Positions 9,027 through 20,634 of a DNA stretch of 64,000 bases are shown one piece after another. How positions within the stretch are numbered: position 1 is the stretch's first letter; each line of letters begins with the position of its first letter. The notes beneath the pieces are model-generated. The model was not told the DNA's origin. It ran no database searches and saw only the letters and a list, made by a program, of their open reading frames with translations. Location: the IMG/VR virus record IMGVR_UViG_3300003937_000144, positions 30,020 through 94,019 of that record, one strand, 5' to 3'. The stretch is from a virus. The position numbers and the translations under genes were made by a program.

Positions 9027-10915
9027 TGGCAATAGAACGCAGAATTTCAGCAAGTGAATTAGACTTTGACCAAATAAAATTAAATCTAGTTAATTATATG
9101 AAGGCAACAGATACAACCTTCAATGATTATAACTACGATGGCTCAGCGATGAGTACCATCATTGATGTATTAAGTTATATAACACACATTAACTCTATGA
9201 ATGCGAACTTCGCTTTGAATGAAACATTTCTTGATACAGCTCAGCTACGAACTTCAGTTGTATCTCATGCCAAACTATTAGGATATACTCCAAGATCTAT
9301 TGCCCCTTCGGTTGCTTATGTCGATGTTAAAATGAATTACGATACTACAGCAACTCCTTTATGGAATCATGATTCTGCTAATGCTCCATTGCCTTTGTCA
9401 ATGCCAAGAGGTACTACATTCCAAACAATAATTAATGGTGTCACATATCCAATGTTTAATTCAGTTACAGAAAATATTGTATTTGATTCAACAGATGGTT
9501 GGAATTTCTCTAATGTTGCAATTGAACAAGGGGTATTAACTAGTATAACATACACATTCCAAAATAATAATTTCGAATCGTATATACTTCCTATGGTAAA
9601 TGTTAACACAAGCTCGATTAAGGTAACAGTTACCGATTCAAATTCAACATCAGCAGCTAAAGTTTATTCTCTTAATAGTAATGTAGTTGACTTAGATGGT
9701 TCAAGTGAAGTGTTCTTCTTAGAAGAAGGAAGAGACGGGCATTATGAAGTTAAATTTGGTGATAACATTGTTGGTAAGAGACCAGGCAATGGTAACAGTG
9801 TTGAGATAGAATATTCACATATACCTACTGGTGTTAATGTGAATGGTGCTACAGTGTTTAGTATGACAGGAACACTTAACGGCAATACCGATGAGACGAT
9901 GACACTTGTGACTAAAGCTACTGGTGGTGCAGCAAGAGAAACTAAAGAGGCAATTAAATTTAATGCTCCTCTTGCTCACGTATCTCAAAACAGAGCTGTT
10001 ACACCAGATGACTATAAAGCTATTATTAAAAACGAATTTGCTGACGTTGAAGCAGTATCAGTATGGGGTGGTGAAGATCATGATGTACCTGATTATGGTA
10101 AAGTATATATTAGTATCAAGCCTTTATCGGCTGATGTATTAACCACAGTACAAAAGGAAACAATCATTGGAAATATTCTTAAACCTAAAAATGTTGTAAG
10201 TATCACTCCTGTCCTTCTTGACCCTGAGTATACGTATATTAATTTAGAGGTTTTCTTTAAATTTAATCCGAACCTTGCTTCAGTAACTGCAGAAGGTTTG
10301 GCAACATCAGTAAGGAGTTCACTTATCTCACATAATACCGACGTACTAAAAAGTTTTGGTGGAGTATTTAGAGCAAGTAATGTTATGAAGAAAATAGACG
10401 ATACTAATATTGCTATCCTATCTAACATCACTCGTATTAGAATGACAAAGAAGATCATACCAGTGCTTGGTACAGCAACATCATACTCACTTAAGTTTAA
10501 TCAAAAGTTAGATAGTTTAGATGGTACTACATCAACTCTTGGTTCTTATGTGTCATCAAATTTATTTACATATAGTGGTCAGCAATGTATGTTAAAAGAC
10601 TTCTATGATACTTCAAGCGGTACAAGAATTATTCAAATCGTTGATGCTAATGGAATAATATATAATACAAATGCTGGTTCGGTAAATGAAACTACTGGAA
10701 CTGTTACATTAAATGGCTTTAATCCAACTGCACTTCCTACTGGACAAACTACAATCGATGTTAAAGTTAATCCAGCATCGAATGATATTAAACCTATGAG
10801 AAATGAATTACTAACTATTGATACATCAGGCGCAACTATAACAGGAACAATTGATACTATGGCTACTGGTGGTACGACTGCTGGAATCGATTACGAAACA
10901 GAGGCTAGCTGCTAA
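9026..10915 (+). CDS. gp6: Baseplate wedge subunit gp6
   Basis: ELDFDQIKLNL, ETFLDTAQLRTSVVSHAKLLGYTPRS, SQNRAVTPDDY and WGGEDHDVPDYGKVYISIKP. Confidence 0.95.
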   Translation: MAIERRISASELDFDQIKLNLVNYMKATDTTFNDYNYDGSAMSTIIDVLSYITHINSMNANFALNETFLDTAQLRTSVVSHAKLLGYTPRSIAPSVAYVDVKMNYDTTATPLWNHDSANAPLPLSMPRGTTFQTIINGVTYPMFNSVTENIVFDSTDGWNFSNVAIEQGVLTSITYTFQNNNFESYILPMVNVNTSSIKVTVTDSNSTSAAKVYSLNSNVVDLDGSSEVFFLEEGRDGHYEVKFGDNIVGKRPGNGNSVEIEYSHIPTGVNVNGATVFSMTGTLNGNTDETMTLVTKATGGAARETKEAIKFNAPLAHVSQNRAVTPDDYKAIIKNEFADVEAVSVWGGEDHDVPDYGKVYISIKPLSADVLTTVQKETIIGNILKPKNVVSITPVLLDPEYTYINLEVFFKFNPNLASVTAEGLATSVRSSLISHNTDVLKSFGGVFRASNVMKKIDDTNIAILSNITRIRMTKKIIPVLGTATSYSLKFNQKLDSLDGTTSTLGSYVSSNLFTYSGQQCMLKDFYDTSSGTRIIQIVDANGIIYNTNAGSVNETTGTVTLNGFNPTALPTGQTTIDVKVNPASNDIKPMRNELLTIDTSGATITGTIDTMATGGTTAGIDYETEASC

Positions 10916-12216
10916 TGGCCCATATCGGTAAATATAATATATCATCTTATGTTAATGACTTAATACCGGAACATGTAGCTACTTCATATCCTGATCTTAT
11001 TGAGTTCATTAAGGTATATGCATTATATTTAGAACGTCAAAACAAATCTGGATTCTATCTTAACGCATTAGATATCCAAAGAGATATTGATGAAGTAGAA
11101 GAGACATTACTTACAGAGCTTCAGAATGAAATTGGTATTGCTATACCTAGAGACTTTGCTACAGATCCAAGGATGTTCTATAAGCATTTGATTGAGTTCT
11201 ATAGAAGTAGAGGTACACCTGAATCAATCACATCATTTTTTAGAACTATATATGATGATGAAGTTGAGACATACTTTCCGTATATAGATTTACTTGTTCC
11301 ATCAGATGGAGACTGGACGGATCAAGCTGCGGATATTAAAATTAATCAATCTAAGTATACCCCTTGGAATACATTTACAATATCCGGTACACCTACAGTC
11401 GTAAGTGGAAATAATGATGCAGGTAACTCTGCATTTTTTGATGACGATATTGTATTTGTAAATGATGTATATAAAACTCCAGGTACAGATTATGCTGAAG
11501 GAGTATATTCAGAATCAAGTACAACTAAATATAAATTAACATTTACAAGTGCATTAGCAAACAGCGATGTGGTTAAGACATATCCTAAAGGTTTGTTTAC
11601 TACAGCAAATGGTTTCTTATCAGATAGAAAATATATACAGGACTCTTATTATTATCAAAAGTTTTCATATGTTCTTAAGACTGGTAAAAATATTTCTGAT
11701 TGGAAGAATGCATTTACAAGACTAATTCACCCTGCAGGATTTATATTCTTCGGGGAAGTATCAATATTTATTCAGCTATTAACTTCAACTAATGATGAAG
11801 TACAGCCTGGCTGGTTAGCAGCTGCTGGTCTGATAAATATAAACATAGCACAACTTCAAATTGGTCCAGTTTCATTCCATGAAGTTGGAAGCTATTTAGA
11901 GAAAACTTGGACATACTTTGCAAGAGGTAGTTCAGAGTTCAGCATTATTGGAATGCAGAATCATTGGGATAACATGAAGTTTAGATATTTAGGTCCAAAT
12001 TCAAACTTTGCTCATTATACACTTCAAGATGCTATAAATAACAATATAAGGATACAACATAACCAAGAGGTTATGAAATTAACGTGTGATACCGTTGCCG
12101 TACAAGCTGGTGAACCATATACAAGTACATATACTAGACCATATATAGTAAATGGAGTAAACCAAAATAGTGATATAACTTATTACGTGCAAGATTGTAC
12201 ATCAACATATTCATAA
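10915..12216 (+). CDS. gp7: Baseplate wedge initiator gp7-like
   Basis: FYRSRGTPESITSFFR, IQDSYYYQKFSYVLK and LIHPAGFIFFGE. Confidence 0.75.
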   Translation: MAHIGKYNISSYVNDLIPEHVATSYPDLIEFIKVYALYLERQNKSGFYLNALDIQRDIDEVEETLLTELQNEIGIAIPRDFATDPRMFYKHLIEFYRSRGTPESITSFFRTIYDDEVETYFPYIDLLVPSDGDWTDQAADIKINQSKYTPWNTFTISGTPTVVSGNNDAGNSAFFDDDIVFVNDVYKTPGTDYAEGVYSESSTTKYKLTFTSALANSDVVKTYPKGLFTTANGFLSDRKYIQDSYYYQKFSYVLKTGKNISDWKNAFTRLIHPAGFIFFGEVSIFIQLLTSTNDEVQPGWLAAAGLININIAQLQIGPVSFHEVGSYLEKTWTYFARGSSEFSIIGMQNHWDNMKFRYLGPNSNFAHYTLQDAINNNIRIQHNQEVMKLTCDTVAVQAGEPYTSTYTRPYIVNGVNQNSDITYYVQDCTSTYS

Positions 12217-12237
12217 ACATATAACAGAGGAAATAAA

Positions 12238-13740
12238 ATGTCAGCAATTATTACAAGTAAATTTAGATTAGATACAACGAATAAGTTCGTAGATAGTCTT
12301 GCAGCTAACCAATTCTATATGGCACTGGGAAGGCCGAATGCTTGGGCAGACGACACCTCTCCAACGGTTCCATACGAAAATGATTATGCAAACAACACTT
12401 TATGGGAAAACATGTTTGCCATGAAGAAACTAGACGCAACAGATATTGTTCATTGCGCAACAAGAAACTTATGGGTATCTGGTACAACATACATCGAGTA
12501 TGACGATCAAGATACAAATATTGAAAGCAAAAAGTATTTTGTTATTACAGATAATAACAATGTATATATGTGCTTAAAAGCAGGAGCAGGAACAAGCTCA
12601 ACTAACCCGGATATAATAGGTGTACAAACTTCTGGAGTTTTAAATCACTCAGGATCAGATGGTTACATATGGAAATATATGTTCACTGTCCCAACAGCGG
12701 ATGTAACAAAATTCTTAACATCTACTTTTATACCAGTTAGACTTATTGAATCAGCTCCGGTAGCTGGATCAGATACTGCATTGACAAATCAATGGAGTGT
12801 TCAACAAGCGGCTATCGATGGTGCAATATATAATATGAAGATAACAGCGGGCGGTACAGGTTATACAAGTACTCCTACATTAACTATTACAGGTGACGGC
12901 ACAGGTGCTACTGCTACGGCAACTCTTACATCAGGTGTTATTACAGACATCACGATGACGGCTGCTGGTACAGGATATACTCACGCGACTGTTGCAGTAA
13001 GCGTAAGTGGTGGTTCTGGTGGTGCGGTAAGACCAGTCATTGGTCCTCCAGGTGGATACGGCGCTAGCCCTACTAATGATTTACGTGCACACTATGTAAC
13101 AATTAATAAAGCATTTACTGGTGATGAATCAGCTTCTATTCCTGATGCAAACGACTTTAGACAAATAGCTATTTTGAAAAACCCAACTACATTAGCCGCT
13201 AGCTCAACTGCTATCGGTGGTGCTGGCTCAATGGTTGTTGGTCAATTTTATAAAATCTTAACATTAGGTAATAGCTCAGCTGCAAACTGGGCAACTGCTG
13301 GAGCACCAGCTGATTATGTTGTTGGAACTGTATTTAAAGCAATAGCTACTACAAGTACTGGTACAGGTACCGTTGGTGCTATAGCAAGTGCTACAGCATA
13401 TAATACGTGTTCAAGCTTAACGGTTGCTACGGGTAATACATTCCCGTCAGACCAAGTTGTTGAAGGTACTATAACAGGTGCTAAGGCTTTTGTTGTTGAA
13501 TATAATGCCACCTCTGGTGTATTACATTATATACAAAACGAAGCTACAGGCTTTGTAGCATTCACTGCTTCAGATTATATTCGTGAAGAAGGCACATCAA
13601 TTGCAGGACAAGACTGCACAGCAGTAACAGCACCTTTAATTAACCATCATTCAGGTGATGTTATGTTTATCGAGAATAAAACAGCAACTAGCAGGGCAAC
13701 AGATCAAGTAGAAACAGTACGATTAGTAGTCGCATTTTAA
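12238..13740 (+). CDS. gp8: Baseplate wedge subunit gp8
   Basis: MSAIITSKFRL, NNVYMCL, DGYIWKYMF, NDFRQIAILKNP and SGDVMFIENK...QVETVRLVVAF. Confidence 0.9.
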   Translation: MSAIITSKFRLDTTNKFVDSLAANQFYMALGRPNAWADDTSPTVPYENDYANNTLWENMFAMKKLDATDIVHCATRNLWVSGTTYIEYDDQDTNIESKKYFVITDNNNVYMCLKAGAGTSSTNPDIIGVQTSGVLNHSGSDGYIWKYMFTVPTADVTKFLTSTFIPVRLIESAPVAGSDTALTNQWSVQQAAIDGAIYNMKITAGGTGYTSTPTLTITGDGTGATATATLTSGVITDITMTAAGTGYTHATVAVSVSGGSGGAVRPVIGPPGGYGASPTNDLRAHYVTINKAFTGDESASIPDANDFRQIAILKNPTTLAASSTAIGGAGSMVVGQFYKILTLGNSSAANWATAGAPADYVVGTVFKAIATTSTGTGTVGAIASATAYNTCSSLTVATGNTFPSDQVVEGTITGAKAFVVEYNATSGVLHYIQNEATGFVAFTASDYIREEGTSIAGQDCTAVTAPLINHHSGDVMFIENKTATSRATDQVETVRLVVAF

Positions 13741-13753
13741 ATAGGACAGACAC

Positions 13754-16700
13754 ATGGCAATTTCATTTAACGTAGAACCATATTGGGACGATTTTGAAAC
13801 CGCAGGAGCGGATGGATTATCCCCAAAAGAAAAATACCAAAGAGTATTATTCAGACCCGGTAAGGCTGTACAAGCAAGAGAGTTAACTCAGTTACAAACA
13901 TCATTACAACATCAACTATCTTCTACGGGAGATCATATATTTAAAGAAGGTTCGGTTGTTGTTCCTGGTGCACTTCACTTGCATAATAAACTTGACTATG
14001 TAAGACTATCAGCATGTAACACCGGTTTAGTTGCCGATATAGTTGGTACTGAATATACCGATGGTACAAACGTTGCTAAAGTTATCCATGCAGCTCTAGC
14101 TTCGGGTGATGACTCTATAACAATATGGGTACAATATATATCTGGTGCAGTATTTGCATCAGGCGCTTCATTAACAGCAACAGGAAGTAAGACAGCGACT
14201 GTTGCAAGTTCTAATGATGCTAATGCAAATACGCCTACAGGCTTTGGCTCTATTGTGTCACTAGAAGATGGCATATATTATATTAAGAAACATATGGTTG
14301 TAGCTAAGGCTAAGACAATTATATTATCTAAGTATACAAGCAATGTGTCATTTGATATCGGCTTACTTGTCACTGAAGCTCTTGTTAGTTCAGGTACTGA
14401 TGCATCGTTAAACGATAATGCTACAGGAACTCCTAACGCATCAGCTCCAGGTGCACATCGTTATTCTATTACAGCAGTATTATCTACTCAAGCAGTTAAT
14501 GCGACAACAGGTAACTTTGTTCTTATAGCTCGATTAGAAGAAGGCATTGTTATTAAGAATGCTCGCACCGCAGATTATAATCACCTTGAAGATGAACTAG
14601 CTCGTAGAACATTTGACGAATCTGGTAACTACTATGTAAATCCATTTAAAGCTCTTGTTAAAACACATCAAGCAGCAAGTCCTGATGCTACCAAATTAAC
14701 TCTTGCTGTTGAGCCTTCTAAAGCTTATGTAAGAGGTTATGAAATCCAAACATTATCAACTACTAATGTAACCGTTGACAGAGCAAGAACATCAGAAGTT
14801 GTTTCAGATAAGCTTACAGAGGTAACACACAATAACTATATTGAAGTCACAGCAATGACCGGCGTTCCTGATATTACTACATTCGGCAAAATCTCTATTG
14901 AGAATTCAGGTGGAAATGAAATTGGTACTTGCCGAGCTCGTTCGATTGAACGTGTTTCAGGTGATGGTGCAACGGCTGGATCAAGATATAGAATACATAT
15001 ATTTGAAGTTGTTCTTGATTTAGCAACGTATCCTACTGGTATGGCAGTTGCAACTCAACTAGATGACAAAGAAGGTACAGCGGCAGGTACAGCTTTTGCT
15101 GCGACTATTGCAACTTACAACTTTGGTCCAGACTCATTAATATATGAATTACCATATAAAAGAATTAAGACACTTAACGGTGAAGTAGATCCAAACTTAT
15201 CTGCTGTATATGACTTTAGTTATAATACTAATCGCATCGTTGGTTCGGCTACAGTATCAGGTTCTGGTACCGCAACATTTACTGCGGCAGCTACTGGTGA
15301 ACAATTTGGATCTAAGTCAGCTAATACAAACTGGATTCTAATAAATGATACTAATGATGGTGATGGCGGTGAAGAAGTTTTAGTTGGTGATATTACAATT
15401 GATAATAATGCAACTCCACCGAATGTTGTTATAGATGGCTTACCAACCACTGGAGATTTAGGCGGTGGCGGCAGTGATGGTGCTGTAGGTGATACAGTAA
15501 GATTAATTGCACCTATGGTTAGAACTCTAACACATAAGACTAAAACATTATCTGCAAATACATCCGTAGCTTTTGGTGCTGGTGTGACTGGAGGATATGA
15601 TGGTGCAGCGGCTGGATATGAAAAAGGTCAAGCACTTGGTCATGCTGACGTACACCAATTAGTAACTGTTGTTGAGACTTCAGGTTCTACTGATGTTACT
15701 GAACATTTCGAATTAGATACAGGACAAAGAGATGATTACTATGATGTAGGTCATGTTAAATTAAAGAGCACATCAAACTATACTGCGGCTGTAGCACTTA
15801 CTGTTACATACAAATACTTCTCACATTCAACAGGAGACTTCTTCACAGTTGATTCATACACTGGTCAAATCGATTATGCAGACATTCCTAAGCTTGGTGA
15901 TTTAGAATTAAGAGCTTGTGTTGACTTTAGACCACGCGTAGCAGATGCTGGTGGTAACTTTACAGGAACAGGTAATTCAATATCAAATGCTCCAGTTAAA
16001 GGTACACAATTCTCAACTGATATTCAATTCTATCTACCAAGAATAGATAAAGTTTATTTAAATTCTGCTGGTACATTTGGTGTTGCGCCTGGCGTTCCAT
16101 CACGTTACCCAGAAAAACCAAATATTCCATCCGATGCAATGCATTTATATACATTAACTATTCCTGCATATACATTAAATCCAGGTGAAGTAGAAGTTGA
16201 ATACATAGATCAGCGTAGATTTACTATGCGCGATATTGGTCGTATTGAAAAACGAATTAATCAAGTAGAATATTATAGTGTGCTTTCATTCTTAGAAGCT
16301 GAAGCACAGAATACACAAATTTTAGATGCATCTAATAATGCAAGATGGAAATCAGGTTATTTAGTAGACGCATTTTCAAATACTAGAATGTCGAGATCTA
16401 ATTCCTCAGAGTATAAAGCCTCTGTTGATTTAAAGAGTCGTACATTAAGACCTCCATTCTCTCAAGGTAATGCTTCATTAGATTATCATGCGTCATCTAC
16501 TACAGTTAGAACTGGCGATTTAGTTACATTGCCATATACCTCAGCTGCTATGATAACACAAGGGCAGTACTCTGGTCTAATTAATGTTAACCCTTACGAT
16601 GTATTTAATTGGACTGGTGGAATGACACTAACTCCTACTACTGATGAATGGCGCGATGTTGATAGAAGGCCTGAAGTAGTAATTAATAACGATGGTGAAT

Positions 16701-18862
16701 TTGATGCGATGGTAGCAAACCTTCAGCCTCAGGTAGGTACTGTATGGGGCGAATGGTCAACTAACTGGACTGGTCAAGAATGGCGTGGAGTCGGTGGTAG
16801 AACTAGTGGACTCTTTCAGACTGGTACATCTACACGAACAGGTATTCAACAAACTATTGAGGTTGTAACATCAAGATTTAGTATTGGTGATCGTATTGTT
16901 GAAGTTAACTTTGTTCCATTTATGAGAACAAGACTTGTAGAATTTTCCGCAACACGCATGAAACCTGCAACTCAAGTCTATGCATTTTTTGATGGTACAT
17001 CTGTAGCAGACTATGTATCTACTACATCAACAAGCTATACACCTTTAGTTGGTGTTAATACTGTTACTGCTCACCCCGCTGGGGCCACGACATTAACAAC
17101 CGATGCGAATGGCGCAATAAGTGGTACATTCTTAATACCTAATAACTCTGCCTTAAATTTCCCAGCTGGTGAAAAAGAATTTAAACTAACTCAAAGATCT
17201 GATAATGACGATTCAATAACAACAACATCCGCTACAGCAATGTATACAGCTGCGGGATTAATTGAAACTAGAGAGAATGTTATTATTTCAACAAGAACTC
17301 CATTCATTCAGAAAACTTCGGCTGGTACTCAAACACAAAGTGCTAGTAGAGATACAGGACAAAGAACGACGCCAAGGGTTAATTGGGGTGATCCACTTGC
17401 TCAATCTATCTTACTTGACCAAGCTGCATTTGTTACTTCAGTAGATCTTAACTTTACTACTAAAGATGATAACATACCAGTTCAAATACAGATTAGAGAA
17501 ATGGTTAATGGATTCCCAACACAGGTTATTATTCCATTCTCTGATGTAACACTTAATCCAAGTGCTGTTAGTACATCTGCTGCAACAACATTTACATTCC
17601 CATCCCCTGTTTATTTACAAGATGGTGTTGAATATGCAATAACAGTTATATCTAACTCAAATAAATACCATGTGCGTTATGCTCAGATTGGTGATGAAGA
17701 TCAAAATGGTAATAGAATAAGCCAACAGCCATACGCTGGTGTATTATTTAAATCACAGAATGCTTCAACATGGACTCCTGATCAGAATAAAGATTTAATG
17801 TTCACATTGAATAGAGCAGTATTTGATATTTCAACTTCACGTAATTGTGTACTTAGAAATGCTGCATTGCCTTCAAGAGCTTTAGAAGCAAATCCATTAA
17901 CAACTGTAGCATCGGCTGCCGGTGCGGCTAATACATTTAAAGTAACTCATAGAGATCACGGCTTTAAAGTTGGTGACACAGTTACTTTAGCTGGATTTGC
18001 AGATACAAATGGTTATGATGCAGACGAATTAAATATAACACACACTATTGTGGCAGTAACTATGGATAGTTATACTATTACAACAGCGGCTGGTTCTCCT
18101 GGTGGTCATGTTCTTGCGATTACTGCTGGTAATGGTGGTGGTACTGCATGTACTGCAACTCAACATCTAGCTTGGAATACAATACATCCAGTTGTACAAG
18201 GGATTGTATTACCTGATACTACAGCAACATGGACAGTTAAAGATGCATTAATGTCAAGTGGAACTATTACTGCTACTGGAGCGGCTATAGTACTTAACGA
18301 AGACTATACTCCTTTATATCCTAAAGTAATTAAATCTGGGGCCACGCAAACATTACAGTTTGATGGTACATTCGCTTCAACGAATGCTTACCTATCACCT
18401 GTTATTGATATGGAACGTTGTTCAGTAATTACTATTGGTAATAGAATTGATAATAATGCTGGTGTATTTAATGCAGGGTTAACTGCATTAACTGCTACTG
18501 CTGAGACAACGGCGGCATTAGGATCTAACTTAGCAAAGTATGTAACTAAAACAATTGAATTACAAGATACATCAGATGCAATTAAAATATATTTAGATAT
18601 TAATAGACCAAACGGATCATTTGTTGACGTGTACTATAAGACTGGTAACACGGCTGGAACATTTGATGCTGAGTCATGGGTTGAAGCTACACCTAATGCA
18701 ACAGTTAAATTCTCGGATGGATCTACATACGATGAAACAGTATATGATATTGCCCCTGCAGCTTCATTTACTATATTTGCAATTAAGATTGTAATGAGAT
18801 CTACTGGTACAAGTTATATTCCAATGTGTCAAGATCTTAGGGCTATAGCAATGAGAGTGTAA
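13754..18862 (+). CDS. Large virion structural protein, VrlC/DUF4815-like
   Basis: FNVEPYWDDF...RVLFRPGKAVQARELTQLQ, APGAHRY, LARRTFDESGNY, DPLAQS and LFKSQNASTWT. Confidence 0.85.
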   Translation: MAISFNVEPYWDDFETAGADGLSPKEKYQRVLFRPGKAVQARELTQLQTSLQHQLSSTGDHIFKEGSVVVPGALHLHNKLDYVRLSACNTGLVADIVGTEYTDGTNVAKVIHAALASGDDSITIWVQYISGAVFASGASLTATGSKTATVASSNDANANTPTGFGSIVSLEDGIYYIKKHMVVAKAKTIILSKYTSNVSFDIGLLVTEALVSSGTDASLNDNATGTPNASAPGAHRYSITAVLSTQAVNATTGNFVLIARLEEGIVIKNARTADYNHLEDELARRTFDESGNYYVNPFKALVKTHQAASPDATKLTLAVEPSKAYVRGYEIQTLSTTNVTVDRARTSEVVSDKLTEVTHNNYIEVTAMTGVPDITTFGKISIENSGGNEIGTCRARSIERVSGDGATAGSRYRIHIFEVVLDLATYPTGMAVATQLDDKEGTAAGTAFAATIATYNFGPDSLIYELPYKRIKTLNGEVDPNLSAVYDFSYNTNRIVGSATVSGSGTATFTAAATGEQFGSKSANTNWILINDTNDGDGGEEVLVGDITIDNNATPPNVVIDGLPTTGDLGGGGSDGAVGDTVRLIAPMVRTLTHKTKTLSANTSVAFGAGVTGGYDGAAAGYEKGQALGHADVHQLVTVVETSGSTDVTEHFELDTGQRDDYYDVGHVKLKSTSNYTAAVALTVTYKYFSHSTGDFFTVDSYTGQIDYADIPKLGDLELRACVDFRPRVADAGGNFTGTGNSISNAPVKGTQFSTDIQFYLPRIDKVYLNSAGTFGVAPGVPSRYPEKPNIPSDAMHLYTLTIPAYTLNPGEVEVEYIDQRRFTMRDIGRIEKRINQVEYYSVLSFLEAEAQNTQILDASNNARWKSGYLVDAFSNTRMSRSNSSEYKASVDLKSRTLRPPFSQGNASLDYHASSTTVRTGDLVTLPYTSAAMITQGQYSGLINVNPYDVFNWTGGMTLTPTTDEWRDVDRRPEVVINNDGEFDAMVANLQPQVGTVWGEWSTNWTGQEWRGVGGRTSGLFQTGTSTRTGIQQTIEVVTSRFSIGDRIVEVNFVPFMRTRLVEFSATRMKPATQVYAFFDGTSVADYVSTTSTSYTPLVGVNTVTAHPAGATTLTTDANGAISGTFLIPNNSALNFPAGEKEFKLTQRSDNDDSITTTSATAMYTAAGLIETRENVIISTRTPFIQKTSAGTQTQSASRDTGQRTTPRVNWGDPLAQSILLDQAAFVTSVDLNFTTKDDNIPVQIQIREMVNGFPTQVIIPFSDVTLNPSAVSTSAATTFTFPSPVYLQDGVEYAITVISNSNKYHVRYAQIGDEDQNGNRISQQPYAGVLFKSQNASTWTPDQNKDLMFTLNRAVFDISTSRNCVLRNAALPSRALEANPLTTVASAAGAANTFKVTHRDHGFKVGDTVTLAGFADTNGYDADELNITHTIVAVTMDSYTITTAAGSPGGHVLAITAGNGGGTACTATQHLAWNTIHPVVQGIVLPDTTATWTVKDALMSSGTITATGAAIVLNEDYTPLYPKVIKSGATQTLQFDGTFASTNAYLSPVIDMERCSVITIGNRIDNNAGVFNAGLTALTATAETTAALGSNLAKYVTKTIELQDTSDAIKIYLDINRPNGSFVDVYYKTGNTAGTFDAESWVEATPNATVKFSDGSTYDETVYDIAPAASFTIFAIKIVMRSTGTSYIPMCQDLRAIAMRV

Positions 18863-19056
18863 TGCATATACCAGTTCAAGGACATCCGGGAATGGTAAGA
18901 GATACAAACTCAGGTGCAGTTATAAATATGGGCAGCGAAGGTGATAGACATTCTGCTAATAGAGCAAGGATGGCACGAGAAGCTGAGAGATTAAATAAAG
19001 TAGAACAAGATGTATCGGAAATTAAAGATATGTTAAAACAATTAATAGAGAGATAA
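18862..19056 (+). CDS. Conserved small protein following the VrlC-like gene
   Basis: VQGHPGMVRDTNSGAVIN followed by a coiled-coil C-terminus. Confidence 0.75.
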   Translation: MHIPVQGHPGMVRDTNSGAVINMGSEGDRHSANRARMAREAERLNKVEQDVSEIKDMLKQLIER

Positions 19057-19057
19057 T

Positions 19058-20263
19058 ATGGCAACAGTAAACGTAACAACAGCAAATACATTTGAAGAAT
19101 GGAGAGTCAAGACCAATGAGTTGGGAACAGCTGTTGGTAACTTAACTAATCTGACTGAGCCATTAGCAGGTGCAACAGATATAGTTTCTGCATTAGCAGA
19201 CCATGAGACACGAACAGAAGCGCTTGATCTTATTGTTGGTACTGCTGCATTATGGGACACAACTAATTATGGTACTTTGCGTAAAGCTGCAAATAAGAAC
19301 CATGCAGATATTACGACACTAGCTGCAACAGCCGGTATTGATTTAGCTAACAATAGTTTATCTGGATATAATGGTTCAGAGACAACTCTAGTAGCTATTC
19401 TTAATGCTCAATATGCAGTTGACAATACTCAAACAACTAATATAACATCTAACGATACTGATATTGCTGCTATAAATACGAAGCTAGGTACAATCTCGGC
19501 AGCTGCGATGGGAACAACTGCGGCAACGGTTGGTCCTGCTATTTTAGAATTACACGGTGAATTAACCACCGCTACTTCAAATATTGCTGCCGTCGGTGCT
19601 GCTTATGTAGCTGTTGCTGGTGATACAATGACTGGCACACTTGTTACTGCAAGCTCTGGATTAAGTGGTTCAACAGCGGGTGTAAGTGCTGCAACGCTAT
19701 TAACATTTGGTACTGGTTCTAGTACAGCAATGCAAATTAACTCAAGCCAACGTATTGGTATTGGTACAAGTGCTCACGCATCGCATAAGGTAGATGTATC
19801 TGGTAGCTTGAATGCTACAACATTATCATATGGCGGAACAGATTTAAAATCAGTATTCCATGAACAAGGTGAGTCATTCCAAGATGCGGTAGGTGCAATG
19901 CTTGGTGGTACAGAAACTGGTGGAATATCAGTAACATATGATGATGCTAATAACCATATAGACTTCGCAATTGCAGATGATGGACATAATCACGTAGTTG
20001 GTAACATTGATAACTTCGCTGAAGAAGTTCAAGATGTTGTTGGCGCTATGGTTGGCTCTAATACTGAGTCAGGCATATCGGTTGTGTATCAAGATGGTGA
20101 TGGAACTATTGACTTTGATGTTAACGATCCAACCATTACTTTGACAGGTGCGGTTACAGGTTCTGGTACAATAACAAACTTAGGTTCAGTGAGCATAACA
20201 ACAACAGGTGCGCCATCGCTTAAACTAGATATTTATGATGTTGCTGGCAACCAGTTGTTCTAA
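19058..20263 (+). CDS. Fibre/fibritin-like structural protein
   Basis: NTFEEWRVKTN N-terminal motif, Ala/Thr-rich coiled coil, two QDxVGAMxxxxExGISVxYxD repeats. Confidence 0.65.
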   Translation: MATVNVTTANTFEEWRVKTNELGTAVGNLTNLTEPLAGATDIVSALADHETRTEALDLIVGTAALWDTTNYGTLRKAANKNHADITTLAATAGIDLANNSLSGYNGSETTLVAILNAQYAVDNTQTTNITSNDTDIAAINTKLGTISAAAMGTTAATVGPAILELHGELTTATSNIAAVGAAYVAVAGDTMTGTLVTASSGLSGSTAGVSAATLLTFGTGSSTAMQINSSQRIGIGTSAHASHKVDVSGSLNATTLSYGGTDLKSVFHEQGESFQDAVGAMLGGTETGGISVTYDDANNHIDFAIADDGHNHVVGNIDNFAEEVQDVVGAMVGSNTESGISVVYQDGDGTIDFDVNDPTITLTGAVTGSGTITNLGSVSITTTGAPSLKLDIYDVAGNQLF

Positions 20264-20274
20264 ATTGACAATAA

Positions 20275-20282
20275 TATAAATA
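20275..20282 (+). promoter_or_regulatory. T4-type late promoter
   Basis: Intergenic TATAAATA before ORF 20296. Confidence 0.7.
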
Positions 20283-20295
20283 AAGGTATAGGGAA

Positions 20296-20634
20296 ATGGC
20301 AGTATTAAGCAATTTAAGTATAGACCAAGGTGCAGACTATAGTGCTGACATCGTGGTAGAAGATGGTAATGGTAACGTTGCAGATTTAACTGGATATACT
20401 GTAGCGGGTCAAATGCGAAAAAGCTATGCCTCAAGTACCGCAACAAATTTTGGAGCTACTATAGCTAATGCCGGACAGGGATTAATTACAATAACTCTAT
20501 CGAATTCGGTTACAAATGGATTGAAGGCCGGAAGATACTTATATGATGTGGAGATAACCAAGACTTCTACAAGTGAGAAGACTAGGGTTGTCGAAGGACA
20601 AGTTACGATTAACCCAGGAGTTACACAAACATAA
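20296..20634 (+). CDS. Small virion protein (BppU N-terminal-like adaptor)
   Basis: NLSIDQGADY...DLTGYTVAGQMRKSY...GRYLYDVEI...RVVEGQVTINPGVT. Confidence 0.75.
   Translation: MAVLSNLSIDQGADYSADIVVEDGNGNVADLTGYTVAGQMRKSYASSTATNFGATIANAGQGLITITLSNSVTNGLKAGRYLYDVEITKTSTSEKTRVVEGQVTINPGVTQT

Noticed and set aside
12033-18928. Intragenic TATAAATA matches at 12033 and 18921
   Set aside because: They could be real internal late promoters for gp8 and ORF 19058, but chance matches are likely in AT-rich DNA, so they were not called.
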